From Felis catus (Eukaryota): DNA of 60,000 nt. The stretch covers positions 6,822,001-6,882,000 of the forward strand of contig NC_058369.1 of assembly GCF_018350175.1 (NCBI RefSeq), read 5' to 3'. Numbering within the stretch: position 1 is the first letter of the stretch; each line of letters begins with the position of its first letter. A program made the position numbers and the translations under genes. The notes under the pieces are model-generated. The model had not been told where the DNA came from and did not search any database. It saw only the letters and a program-made list of their open reading frames with translations. Below are positions 39,272-52,289 of the stretch, piece by piece.

Positions 39272-39420
39272 ATAGTGGTTTTGAATCAGGATGATTTTGT
39301 GCTCCAGCAGATATCTGGCAATGTTTTGGTTGTCACAATTGAGAACAGTGCTCCTGCCATCTGGCAAGTAGAAGCCAGGGATGCTACTTAGCATCTGTTA
39401 ATACACAAGGACAGCCCAGT
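39272..39420. mobile_element. MER20 DNA transposon fragment
   Basis: ctggcaatgttttggttgtcacaa...ccatctggcaagtagaagccagggatgctac...cacaaggacagccc. Confidence 0.7.
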
Positions 39421-39504
39421 AGTGTATGTACATATAATGGATTATTACTACATCATAAAAAGGAATGGGGTTCTGGCACATGATACAATGTGGATGAACC
39501 CTGA

Positions 39505-40661
39505 AACTTGAAATCAACCAAAGAAAAACTTGGAAAGATAACATGCCTGGAGACTAAAGAACATCCTACTAAAGAATGAATGGGCTAACCAAGAAATTAA
39601 AGAGCAAATTTAAAAATACGTGGAGGCCAATGAAAATGATAACACCACAGCCCAAAACCCCTGGGGTGCAGCAAAGGTGGTCAAGAGAATAAAATAAAGA
39701 ACCCAGAAATGGACCCACAAACGTATGGCCAACTAATCTTTGACAAAACAGGAAAGAATATCCAATGGAATAAAGACAGTCTCTTCAGCAAATGGTGCTG
39801 GGAAAACTGGACAGTGACATGCAGAAGAATGAACCTGGGCCACTTTCTTACACCATACACAAAAATAAACTCAAAATGGATGAAAGACCTAAATGTAAGA
39901 CAGGAAGCCATCAAAATGCTCAAGGAGAAAGCAGGCAAAAACCTCTTTGACCTTGGCCGCAGCAACTTCTTATTCAACATGTCTCCAGAGGCAAGGGAAA
40001 CAAAAGTAAAAATGAACTATGAGGACCTCATCAAAATAAAAACTTCTGCACAGTGAAGGAAACAATCAGCAAAACTAAAAGGCAACCGATGGAATGGGAG
40101 AAGATATTTGCAAATGACATATCAGATAAAGGGTTATTATCCAAAATCTATAGAGAACTTCTCAAACTCCACACCTAAAAAAATGAGCAATTCAGTGAAG
40201 AAATGGGCAAAAGACATGAAGAGACACTTCTCCAAAGAAGACATCGAGATGGCCAACCGACACATGAAAAAATACTCAACATGACTCATCATCAGGGAAA
40301 TAGAAATCAAAACCACAATGAGATACCACCTCAAACCTGTCAGAATGTCTAAATTAACAACTCAGGAAACAACAGATGCTGGCGAGGATGCGGACAGAAA
40401 GGATTTCTTTTGCACTGGTGGTGGGAATGCAAACTGGTGCAACCACTCTGGAAAACAGTATGGGGTCTCCTCAAAAAATTAAAAATAGAACTACCCCACG
40501 ACCCAGCCATTGCACTACTAGGTATTTATCCAAGGGATACAGGTATGTTGTTTCAAAGGGGCACATGCACCCCAATGTTTATAGCAGCACTATCAACAAT
40601 AACCAAAGAATGGAAAGAGTCCAAATATCCATCGATGGATGAATGGATAAATAAGATGTGG

Positions 40662-40707
<46 letters not shown>

Positions 40708-41175
40708 GAAGTAGTACTCAGCAATAAAAAAGAATGATATCTTGCCAGTTCCAACTATGTGGATGGAACTAGAGTGTATTATGCTAAGTGAAATTAGTCA
40801 GTTAGAGAAAGACAAATATCATATGACTTCACTCATATGAAGACTTTAAGATACAACACAGATAAACATAAGGGAAAGGAAGCAAAAATAATATAAAAAC
40901 AGGGAGGGGGGCAAAACATAAAAGACTCTTAAATATAGAGAAGAAACAGAGGGTTGCTGTAGGAGTTGTGGGAGGGGTGGATGGTCTAACTGGGTAAGGG
41001 GCATTAAGGAATCTGCTCCGGAAATCATGGTTGCACCATATGCTAACTAACTTGGATGTAAATTAAACAATAAATAAGTTTAGAAAAAATAAAATGAAAT
41101 GGGTTACAGGAAAAAAAAAAACAATAAAAAAGCTTGCTCCTTTCAAAAAAAAAAAGAAAGAAAAAAGAAGAAAAT
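39505..41175 (+). mobile_element. Felid/carnivore L1 with an internal ORF2 deletion and a compound A-rich tail
   Basis: ORF2 peptides MDPQTYGQLIFDKTGKNIQW and [12 protein letters not shown], a 3'UTR and several A-runs. Confidence 0.9.
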
Positions 41176-41684
41176 ACATTAGCCACAAGCATTTCTGACA
41201 CTTGCAACGGCATGACTCACGACATAAACATCTGATCAACACGATGCTCTGGGAAGAACCTTCATCAGTTTTGGTCAACGGCGTTGACACAGAGGTGACT
41301 GAGGGCCATGAGGCTCTGTGGGTTGGTGATGTTGGCAACATTTGCAATGGATTCTGCTACAGATTGCAGGAAGGATTTGAAGGGCGGAAGTTAATTTGTC
41401 AAATCCTTCCTGTCAAATGGCATTAATCCAACAAAACTTGACCGAGCAATGTGTTTAAAAATATTAATTTTGCATTAAGGGTACAGAATTCTGTACTTCT
41501 TTATTTTCTTTTAGACATGTTAAATTCACTAATTGAAGAAAACTATGTAATTATTAACAAGGAGCACCATTTTCACCTATTGAATTAGGACTAAAATCTC
41601 ACTCATTCTACCTAGAGTATGAATGAAACAACATATTATTGCTTTGCCAGTGACCTTGAGATTTCTAATAACTCTATTATAAAA

Positions 41685-43275
41685 GAAAAAAAAGGATGAA
41701 ATCTCACCATTTGCTATGACATGGGTGGAGCTGGAAAGTATAATGTTAAGTGAGAAAAGTCAGTCAGAGAAAGACAAATACCATATGATTTCACCCATAT
41801 GTGGAATTTAAGAAACAAAACAAATGAGCAAAGGGAATAAAAAAGAGAGGCAAACCAAGAAACAGACTCTTAACTATAGAGAACAAACTGAGGGTTACCG
41901 GAGGGAGGTGGGAGGAGGGATGGGTTAAATAGGTGATGGGCATTAAAGAGGGCACTTGTGATGAGCTTTTTCTTTTCTTTAAAAAAAATTTTTTTTAATG
42001 TTTATTTATTTCTGAGAGACAGAGAGATAGAGCACGAGCAGGTGAGGAGCAGAGAGAGAGAGGGGACACAGAATCCAAAGCAGGCTCCAGGCTCCGAGCA
42101 GTCAGCACAAAGCCTGACGTGGGGCTTGAACTTATGGACGATGAGATCATGACCCGAGCTGAAGTCGGATGCTCAACTGACTGAGCCACCCAGGCGTCCC
42201 TTGATGAGCTTTTTCTTAGGTGCACAGCTGGGATTCAAAACTTGAAGTCTTTTTTTCTTTTAACGTTTATTTATTTTTGAGAGAAAGAGACAGAGCATGA
42301 GGGGGAGAGGGATGGAGAGAGAGAGAGACACACAGAATCCGAAGCAGGCTCCAGGCTCTGAGCTGTCAGCACAGAGCCTGACGCGGGGCTCGAACCCACA
42401 AACCGTGAGATCATGACCTGAGCTGAAGTCAGATGCTCAACCAACTGAGCCACCCAGGCACCCCAAAACTTGAAGTCTTAAAGGACCCGACACCACCCGG
42501 ACCCACCCCCTCCTCTGGAGTAGAGCATCTCCACGCTGTGTCTGAAGTCCTTTATTCCTGAAAAACAGTCCCATGCCTGCTCAGTGTGCGGAATCTATGG
42601 TGTAGCACGGCTAAAATCAGCAAAGGTTATATTTTCTCTGGGTGTGCCTCTGTCCCCTGCTGATGAAAACCCTTTTGTTGGCACCTGCAGGGTCTTTTGT
42701 CCTTGGGGAGGCAATATACCCTCTTCCAAAAGCACTCCAGGAAGGGGAATGTTCTCTCTCAATGTGCCCCAGAGATCCCTACATTATGCACTCTGGGACC
42801 AGCTCTCTCCTCCCCAGGAGGGCGTGCCACAGCTCTCCTCATGATAAAGTTGAGCACTTCCAAAACAGTGTTTGAACTCGAAACACTATTTGCCAAAACA
42901 AAAAACAAACAAACCCCTCAACACTCAGTACTTCTCTCTCCCCCCAATCCGTGGTCCAGAGAGGTTTTCCTCTGGTGCGACCCTGATGCCATACTCTCTT
43001 AACCCTTCTCTCTTTCTTTCCATTTTGTCTCTCCACCAAAAGGACTCTGTCCGCTTCCTAGCACTGCCATTTTTCTCTCCCCCAATTCACATCCACTCAC
43101 CTTGCACCTGTTACACTGTCTCCCTCCAGCTGTGAAGATCCTTCTGCCAGTCTGCAGATCAATTTTCTGGGTGCCCCAAATGATCTGACTCAATACAGCT
43201 GTGTTTGAGACTAGGAAAGCCCAGGGTTCCCCTAGTTCTCTGCCATCTTAACTCCTCTCCTAAATAAAAACTTAA
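41685..43275. mobile_element. L1 3' fragment (plus) containing an inverted L1 5'UTR (~42200-43260, minus) and two SINECs (~41980-42200 and ~42250-42465)
   Basis: Minus strand begins ggagaggagttaagatggcagagaactagggg, an L1 5' start with a YY1-type AAGATGGC at 43242-43249. Confidence 0.65.
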
Positions 43276-43279
43276 AAAA

Positions 43280-44190
43280 ATTTTTTTTTAATTTTTTAAA
43301 ACATTTATTCATTTTTGAGAGAGACAGAGCATGAGCAGGGGACAGGCAGACAGAGAGGGAGACACAGAATTGGAAGCAGGCTCCAGGCTCTGAGCTGTCA
43401 GCACAGAGCGTGATGCAGGGCTCGAACCCACGAACCGTGAGATCATGACCTGAGCCAAAGTCGACGCTTAACCGACTGAGACACCAGGTGCCCCCAAAAA
43501 TGTTTATTTATTTTGAGAAAGAGAGAGAGAGAGAGAATGTGAGTGGGGTGGGGGCAAAGAGAGAGGGAGAAAGAGATTCCCAAACAGGATCTGCACTGTC
43601 AGCACAGAACCCCATGCAGGGCTCAATCTCACAAACTGTGAGGTCATTACCTGAGCCGAAGTCAAGAGTAGGACACTTAACCAACTGAACCATACAGGTG
43701 CCCCAATAAAAACTTTTTAAATGATTTATTTACTTATTCATTTAAATGTTTGTTTATTTACTTATTTATTTATTTATTTATTTAGAGAACTAAATTTGGG
43801 GAGGGGCAGAGAAAGAGGGGGACAGAGGATCTGAAACAGGCTCTGTGCTGAGAGCAGAGAGCTCGACATGGGGCTCGAACTCATGAACTGCTAGATCATG
43901 ACCTGAGCTGAAGTCAGATGCCTAACTAACTGAGCCACCCAGGTGCCCCCAAAACTTTAAAAAAAATTTTTTTTAATGTTTATTTATTTTTGAGACAGAG
44001 AGAGACAGAGCATGAACGGGGGAGGGTCAGAGAAAGAGGGAGACACAGAATCTGAAACAGGCTCCAGGCTCTGAGCACAGGCTCTGAGCCTCAGCACAGA
44101 GCCCGACGCGAGGCTCGAACCCACAGACCGTGAGATCATGACCTGAGCCGAAGTTGGACGCTCAACCGACAGAGCCACCCAGGCGCCCCC
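43280..44190 (-). mobile_element. Stack of four SINECs
   Basis: Four consecutive SINEC bodies at ~43280-43493, 43497-43703, 43745-43950 and 43965-44190. Confidence 0.88.
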
Positions 44191-44239
44191 CACCCCCGCA
44201 AAACTTTTTAAAAGAGTAGCAGAGTGAAAAAAAAATAAA

Positions 44240-45076
44240 TGTCATAGTTTCAACTCATGATCCATGAATGTGAAGGAAAATGTACACTGAAACCATAGTG
44301 ATGAAATTGGAAATGGTGTTTATGAAATTCTCAGGTTTTGTCTATATTGATCATAGTCAGAATTGTTAGAGAATACAGGTCAAAATGTGCAGTATGAAAT
44401 ATACAGAATGAAAATGAATGCTCAGGAAACATTCCATGAGTCTTAGACAAAATCATCACTGCTTTTTTGCATTTTTGCATTTTTACATGGCTTAGCTGTA
44501 TTTATAAATATATATTTTATACCCACATATAAAACTATGTTTTCACACTTAGCATCTGTCTTTCTGATGTCACTAATTAGATAGAGATGCCTTTGCCTAT
44601 TTCTAAAACCTGAAGATTGGAGTCCAATTAGAGAAGGACGTGTGTCTACACATGAATGTATGTGAAATGGGGGTGAACATTGAGCAGGTGGAGAGAACAG
44701 CATGGTGTGTACCTGGCCCCATGTGATCAGGGGTTAGACATCATGAATTACTTTCCTCTCCTGTGTTGGTCTTTAAGGATTTGCACAGCCTGGTGAGAAT
44801 AATGATACTAAAAATATTTGTCTAATGAGGAGCTTTGGATATTGATTCCCCAGGGATATAGAGAGACTGTGGAGTCAGTCTGTGACAACATCATTCAATA
44901 GCCCTAGCCTAGTCAAGAAGAAGCACACCTGAGGCTCCATCCAGTAATGATCTTTCTTGACCACAAGCCCATTGCCTCGCTTGGTGTCTCTGCCTTTCCA
45001 GAAGACAGATCTTCTGGTCTTCAATATTCAGGTGATATGTGAGATATCCTTCCACACTGATGCCAGCCAGGTAACT
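44240..45076 (+). promoter_or_regulatory. Putative promoter and first non-coding exon of OR7G copy 1
   Basis: Homeodomain sites CTAATTAG (44573-44580), CAATTAG (44625-44631) and TAATGA (44823-44828), O/E site TCCCCAGGGA (44847-44856), and donor CAG|GTAACT at 45071. All are conserved in the paralogue. Confidence 0.7.
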
Positions 45077-47109
45077 TAAAGTCCCTTAGTTAGTGCTTCT
45101 GTAAGGAGGGCAGGTATTTTACTACAGATTCATCCAGGGGAAGCAATGAGGGGTGTGCATGCATGAAGCGATGGGAACGGAGTGTTGGTGTCCAATGGCA
45201 CTCCAGCCTTCTTGCTGACAAGTTCTCATCTATGTTTGCAGCGATACTCACCCTGTTCTCAGTCTGCTGGTCACCTAATCTCCCTAGAAAATGGCAGCAT
45301 CCGTTATTCTCCTGAGCAGAAATCTGTCCCTTCTCAAACAAGATGAGTGTTATGAAGCTTTCTGGAATTTACTTGAATTTTTGTGGTAGTCATGACGAAG
45401 GGTTTTGGTCAGCTTTTCCTTTTATTTGCATTCCTGGTTCTCGATACACCATTCCACAGAAGAGTCTTATTATCCCCGTAGCTTGCTTGAGGACGGTGGG
45501 GAGAAAGTGGAGACAGAGAGGTCTAGCTGGCTGCTTTCTTAATATACCTCTTTCACTTTATAAAATTACCAATTATTTTAAAGAAGAACAACAGAGATAG
45601 TACAATACATTTTAAAACACCCTCCAATGCACTCCAGAATCAACAAATGTTGACATTTTGCTATACAAAGTTCATGTCTTTTTAATGACATAATATGCTT
45701 ACAGAAGCCATTTCTTTTGTATTCTCAGTTCTTGTTACTCCCGTCTCAGAGACAACATCATCTTGAATATGATGGACATGGCTTTATATTGTACATGTCT
45801 TCATAAACATATACAGGATAAAAGGCATTAACCATATTACCTATCAGTTAGGGAATGGAGAAATAAATCATAACATAACAATACAGTGGATTACTCTCTG
45901 GCAATTAAAATTAATAAAGTGAGGTTAAATGTTTTAATAATAAAGAAGATAAATTACATAAGAATGCCAAATGTAAATGACATGTACTATATGGTTTTGT
46001 TTATATAAACTTTCAAAATTGAAAATAATTTAGTTGTTTATGTTACCATATTAACAATAATACAAATTATAGTAAAAAAATGCCAGGGAATAATGTATAT
46101 GAAGTTCATGTAGTGACTCCCCTGGGGAAAGAAAAGAATCAAGATTGTTCAAATACATGATGTGGGGGCTTCACATATTTATAATATTGTAATATTTATT
46201 GCAATAAAAACACTTAGATTGAAGATGGTGATGTGTATGAATTTTATACTGTTGATTTGTGGGTACCATCCTTCATTTATCTCTGTGGGTCTTTTTTTCA
46301 CTTGAATAATCCATAATAAAAACAAAAACCATTAAGTTTATGTTTATTATGGATTATTCCTTATGACAGTACAAAATAAATTAAATTTTTTCTAATGATA
46401 TATACTTTGTCACTTGAAAATGTTTCTCTTATAGGTTTTCATTATTTATACTAATTTGTATATCTAATACATTTTATCATGTTATTTTAATTGCTATATA
46501 TTTCATCATATGTTCATCTGAAATAAATATTGATATGGTTGATGATTCCTTCATTCTTTTTCTACACGATAAATGTTCCCAGCTCATAATCTTTTCCCTG
46601 AAATTTGCATTTATGATGATAGGGTTCTTCCTTTCTGTTGTCTTTCCTCAACTGGCCCCACCCCACTGCTTCCTTGTGAGGACTGAAATATACAAGGTGC
46701 CGTTGTTCGTGGAAGGAAAAAACACACACGCACAATAGGAAATATTAGCATGAGGGTCCCATACACTGAGTACTGTGTCAGATGTGTCCCTATTCATTTC
46801 CATCACTGCAACTTCCCCCTGAGGTTTTGTGATCGTTCCCATCATACAAATGAGGACACTAGACTTTTCATACAGGTGAACAATTCTCCCTACCCCCAAT
46901 CAAGTACTGATCGGAATTATATTCAGTGTTTAAGTCTAAGTAATGCACCAAATGATAAAGGTTGTCATGGCTACTTCCATCTTGACCACTGCTTTACAGA
47001 AGCAATTTTGTTAAGGATGCCCAATTATCTTGTAAGTACCATATAAGTCTGTCTTAGAATTCTCTGTCTTCCAAGGACCAATAATTGTTGCTATTTTCAC
47101 CTATTTGCT

Positions 47110-47800
47110 TTTAATTTTTTAAGCTTTATTTATTTTTGAGAGAGAGAGAGAGCAGGAGTGGGGGAGGAGCAGAGAGAGAGAGGGAGACACAGAATCCGAA
47201 GCAAGCTCCAGGCTTTGAGCTGTCAGCACAGAGCCCAACGCGGGGCTCGAACCCACAAACTGCGAGATAACCTGAGCTGAAGTCGGATGCCTAACCAACT
47301 GAGCCACCCAGGTGCCCCTATTTTCACCCATTTTTTAGAAGCCTATGCTTTTTCTCTCATTTAGCTGTTGTTTGTTTGTTTGTTTGTTTGTTTGTTTGTT
47401 TGTTTTTTAATGATATGCCTGCCCCCATCACCTAGGGAAAAAGTCTCCTTAGGATAAGGTAGAGAATGCACTGATATTTGCCCAGCTTCTCCTAGAATTA
47501 ATTGCTAGTGCAGGTGAGTAGTGTTTTCATGGGGATTATCAGCTTCAAGTTTACAGGCAACATTTTCTTTTTTTTTTTTAATTTTTTAAATGTTTATTTA
47601 TTTTTGAGAGAGACAGAAAGACAGAGACAGAGTGTGAGCAGGAGTAGGGGCAGAAAGAGAGAGGGACACAGAATCCGAAGCAGGCTCCAGGCTCTGAGCT
47701 GTCAGCACAGAGCCCAACGCGGGGCTCAAACTCACGGACCGCGAGATCATGACCTGAGCTGAAGTCAGACGCTTAACCGACTGAGCCACCCAGACACCCA
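47110..47800 (-). mobile_element. Two SINECs (~47110-47318 and ~47570-47800) with (TTTG)n between them
   Basis: SINEC signatures. Confidence 0.88.
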
Positions 47801-48201
47801 TATAGGCAACATTTTCTAATCTTTGCTGAGGTACAGAGCAGATACTGGGATAGATGTCGTGCACCTACTATACCATACTTCATGAGTAGGGGTGGACATG
47901 TGCTGTAGACAAGGGAAAAGATTTGGGGCATTGTTCAAGGTGACTACATTAAGATTTTAAAGGAAGTTTTATGAAATCTGGGTGTTGGTTTAGGAACGCT
48001 AATTCTGTATTATCCAGAGGCATTACCAATAATTGGTCTAGACAGTCAGCTGAGCTGTCAAACCACTTAACATCTTATCTTTTCCAGGCACTGTGTACTT
48101 CACCCCACCTAAGTTTTCCTATAGATAAATGGAGTGATGGTACGATGTAACTCATCTGTAATTTGACAAACCCTTCAGTTGATTCTGAGGCATTCCAGAA
48201 T

Positions 48202-48269
48202 CACCAAACTCTTAACAGAGTTAAGACACCAAACTCTTAACAGAGTTGGACACCAAACTCTTAACAGAG
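48202..48269. repeat. Three-copy tandem repeat of caccaaactcttaacagag
   Basis: Copies at 48202-48220, 48227-48245 and 48251-48269, with 6- and 5-nt linkers. Confidence 0.9.
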
Positions 48270-48534
48270 ATTGGATAACTTTATTCTCATCTTTCTGTTT
48301 GTTTGAGATGAGGAATATTTCTGAAGGAAGTGCCGTAGTTTATTCTTTGTTTCAGTCTTAGCACTAGGCACAATGTGTGAAAAAGAGTTGGTGATCAATA
48401 AAAATCAAAGCAAAACTTTGAGTGGAGCAAAGAAAAGTAAGAGATGATGATGAAGGGAGAAATTAGCAGAGGGAACGATTTGAATATTCTCTTGGGTTCA
48501 CCATATACATAAAGATTTATTTCTTTTTGTTTAA

Positions 48535-48712
48535 GCATTGGCTCTCCAACTTCAGTGTATATCAAATTTATCTGGAGGGTTTGTTAAAACTTAGATTGCT
48601 GGTCCTTACTTCAGAGTTTATCAGCAGTGTATCTGGAGTGATACCAAGAATTTGCATTTCTAACTATTTCCCAGATGATGCTACTGTTGCTCATCCAGGG
48701 AGTATTCACTTT
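48535..48712. mobile_element. MER5A-like DNA transposon just upstream of the OR7G copy 1 coding exon
   Basis: ctggagggtttgttaaaac...aagaatttgcatttctaactatttcccagatgatgctactgttgctcatccaggg. Confidence 0.65.
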
Positions 48713-48758
48713 ATTTTATTTTTAACCCATCTTTTCCATTTCCATTAGATTCTTCAAA

Positions 48759-49697
48759 ATGGAACCCAGAAATCACACAGGTGTTTCAGAATTTCTTCTC
48801 CTGGGGTTGACAGATGATCCAGAACTGCAGCCCTTCCTATTCTGCCTGTTCTTGTCTATGTACCTGGTCACTATCCTGGGAAATCTGCTCATCATCCTGG
48901 CCATCAGCTCTGACTCACACCTCCACACCCCCATGTACTTCTTCCTCTCCAACCTGTCCTTTACTGACATCTGTTTAAGCACAACCACGATCCCAAAGAT
49001 GTTGGTGAACATCCAGGCACAGAATCAGAGCATCACGTATAGAGGCTGTCTCACCCAGGTTGGATTTGTCCTGGCTTTTGGTGGTTTTGAAAATTTTCTC
49101 CTTGCAGCAATGGCCTATGATCGCTATGTGGCCATTTGTCACCCCTTGAGGTACACCGTTATCATGAACCCCCAACTCTGTGTTCTGCTGATTCTACTCT
49201 CACTGTTCTTTAGCGTTGTGGTTGCCTTGCTCCATAGTCTGATGGTGCTACGGTTATCCTTCTGCAAGGACTTGGAAATCCCTCACTTCTTCTGTGAACT
49301 TGCTCAGGTCATCAAACTCGCATGTTCTGATACCCTCATCAATAACATCCTGATATATTTTGTAGCTAGCCTATTTGGTGGTATTCCTCTCTCCGGAATC
49401 ATTTTCTCTTATACTCAAATTGTTTCCTCCGTTTTGAGAGTGCCATCAGCAGGGGGAAAGCTCAAAGCTTTTTCCACCTGTGGGTCTCACTTGTCAGTTG
49501 TTTCTTTGTTCTATGGAACAGTTGTTGGAGTGTACATTAGTTCTGTAGTTACTGACTCTTCCAAGAAGACTGCAGTAGCTTCAGTGATGTATGTTGTGGT
49601 TCCTCAAATGATGAACCCCTTTATCTATAGCCTGCGTAACAGAGACATGAAGGGAGCCGTGAGAAAACTCATCAATGGGATGCCTTCTTTGCTGTGA
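48759..49697 (+). CDS. Olfactory receptor family 7 subfamily G (OR7G2/OR7G1-like), 312 aa
   Basis: Intact ORF with [57 protein letters not shown] and [13 protein letters not shown]. Acceptor ttccatTAG| at 48747-48748. Confidence 0.93.
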   Translation: MEPRNHTGVSEFLLLGLTDDPELQPFLFCLFLSMYLVTILGNLLIILAISSDSHLHTPMYFFLSNLSFTDICLSTTTIPKMLVNIQAQNQSITYRGCLTQVGFVLAFGGFENFLLAAMAYDRYVAICHPLRYTVIMNPQLCVLLILLSLFFSVVVALLHSLMVLRLSFCKDLEIPHFFCELAQVIKLACSDTLINNILIYFVASLFGGIPLSGIIFSYTQIVSSVLRVPSAGGKLKAFSTCGSHLSVVSLFYGTVVGVYISSVVTDSSKKTAVASVMYVVVPQMMNPFIYSLRNRDMKGAVRKLINGMPSLL

Positions 49698-50654
49698 TTG
49701 TGCCATATGTTTTGGACTTGGGTTTCTAGGAGGCAAAGGGATAGGAATCCTGGATGAGCCATAATTCTTGATTTTTCCATCACCGAATTCTTCTAAGCTA
49801 GCCAGGCAACAGATTGCTCAAGCTAATTTTAACTTGGGGTTGAAACATACTTTACTTTTTTTGATTAGTCTTATGATGTTTGACACATGATTTCAATTCT
49901 CTAAATTCAGCTTCTTTGCTTGGGTTTTATGCAGAAGCAGAGCCTGAGGCAAGGGTTCTAGTTATAATGGTTTTTTGGGTTTGGTTTCTTTTGTTTTGTT
50001 TTGTTTTTTTGTTTTGTTTTGTTTTGGATCACTGTCAGAATACTGAAGAAAGTATATAGGACAGGGAAACTATTGAAGCAACACTGTGGTCATATCTAGA
50101 GACTAGCTTCCACCTGATTTCAGTGTAGGGCCATGGCAATTGCACTTAGGAGTTATACCTATAATACAGTAGGGGAATTGACCTTTTATACACCTATTTA
50201 GTAATTAATTTGTTGACTGTAAACTGTATGTTTGTGAGGAAATTCATCACCTACCATATTTCATTGTATTATCTATGAAAATTATGTGATTACATTATCT
50301 CAGTGGTTTGAGATGATTGTGAGATATTCAAACTTTATCAGTGATGAAATCTTCAGTTGCAATAAGAAAAAGAATCCCTAACTCTAATATTACCAACAAT
50401 ATAGAGAGCTATCTTTCATTACAGGCACTTAGAGGCAGGGAATGTACAGGAACAGAGTAGTAGAGATTCATTCAGTCCTCCATGGGTTCTATTGACCTAG
50501 GATTGGTTTTCCTCAGGGTCATGAGGTAGTGGCACCAGATGGAAATGTCATATTTGGGCATGATTCTCAGAGAAAGAACTCTGACTGTCCTTTCTTGAGT
50601 CAGATGATTATAGAATTTTCCACAGAGTCAACTAGAAGAGTCAACTAGAACCAC

Positions 50655-51771
50655 AACTGCAACAGGTTGTATGGTGGTCCTCAAAAGAATTTGTCCATGT
50701 CTTAGTCCTCTAACGTATTAACATTTTGTGATAAAAGAGTGAATTGTACTTATTTGGAGTCTTTGTATATTAGCTTATTCCCCTATTTTCTGGGTAGCCC
50801 TAAATAGAATCACATGTGTCCTTATAAGATAAACAGAAATGGAAATGACCCAGAAAAAAAAGAGGAGGCAATGTAACCATGGTGACAGAAATTGGATTTA
50901 TGCAGCCAGTATTTAATTTCCAGTATTTGGTCATTTTCTCCCAGCTTTACTGAGATATAATTATATATAACATTGTGTAAAATTAAGGTATACAATGTGC
51001 AGATTTTATACCATTGCATGGGTAAAACCTCCATCCTGGCACTTAATTACCATTTCTCTAGTGGTGAGAATATTTAAGATTCTGCTCTCTTATCAATATT
51101 TAAGTATATAATACACTGCTATTAGCTATAATTATCATGATCTATACTAGATCCCCAGAATCTGTTAATTTTATAACTGAAGTTTTATACCCTTTGACCA
51201 ACGTCTATTTTCCCCACTTTCCAGCCCCTGGTGACTGTTTCTGTGAGTTTAACTCTTTTAGATTTTCCACATATAACATCATACAGTATTTGTCTTTCTC
51301 TGTTTGACTCATTTTATTCAGCATAATGTCCTCAAGGTTCATCCAAGTTGTCACAAAAGACAGGATTTCCTACTTTTTCATGGCTGAATAATATTTTGCT
51401 GTATATATACTATGTTTTCTTTACCCATTCATCTGCTGACACTTTGGTTGTTTTCATAACTTGGCCATTGTGAATAATGCTGCAGTGAACATGCTAGAGC
51501 AGATATCCCTACAAGATCCTGATTTTAATTCCTTTGGATCTATACCAAGAAGTGGAATTGCTGGATCATATGGTAGCTTTATTTTTAATTTCTTGAGGAA
51601 CCTCCATACTGTTTTCCATTGTAGCTGTAGCAATTTGCATCCCACCAACAGTGCACAAGGGCTCCCTTTTCTCCACACCTTTGCCAACATGTTATCTCTT
51701 CTCTTATTTTTTTTTAAGAAATTACTTATTTTAAGTTCACCCATTTATTTTGAGAGAGAGACACAGAGAAA

Positions 51772-51806
<35 letters not shown>

Positions 51807-51980
51807 CATGTGCAAACAGAGGAGGGGCAGAGTGAAAGGGAAAGAGAGAGAATCCCAAGCAGTCTTTGCACATCAGTGGGGAACCCCAGGCATAGCTTGA
51901 ACTCATGAACCATGAGATCCTGACCTGAGCTGAAATCAAGAGCCAGATGTTTAACCAACTGAGCCATGCAGGTGCCCCAA
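50655..51980. mobile_element. MLT1 fragment (~50655-50900), L1 3' end (~50935-51700 minus) and SINEC (~51720-51980 minus)
   Basis: ORF 51454..51744 [33 protein letters not shown] is the L1 ORF2 C-terminus; SINEC head present. Confidence 0.75.
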
Positions 51981-52289
51981 GGGATGACATTCAAATGCCA
52001 CCTTGTCTCATGTTGGTTTTAAATACTAGAGCAAGAACTCTATTGATTTAAAAATCAAGTTATATAGAAAAGTTAACATGTGATAAAAATAAATTGATAA
52101 GTGCATGAATATGTTAAATTCATTAAATAATGGAAAGTTTGTAATTAAGTATTAACATGAAGCAGCATCTTTACCTATTAAATTATGGCTGAAATCACAC
52201 TCATTTCACGGAGAATATAGATGAACCAGCATACTATTGCCTTCTCCATGACATCGTAATTTCCCATAACTCTATTTTTTAAAAAGTGT

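Noticed and set aside
48202..48269. CRISPR-like direct repeats
   Set aside because: Only three copies, linkers of 5-6 nt that resemble each other, a mammalian context and no cas genes.
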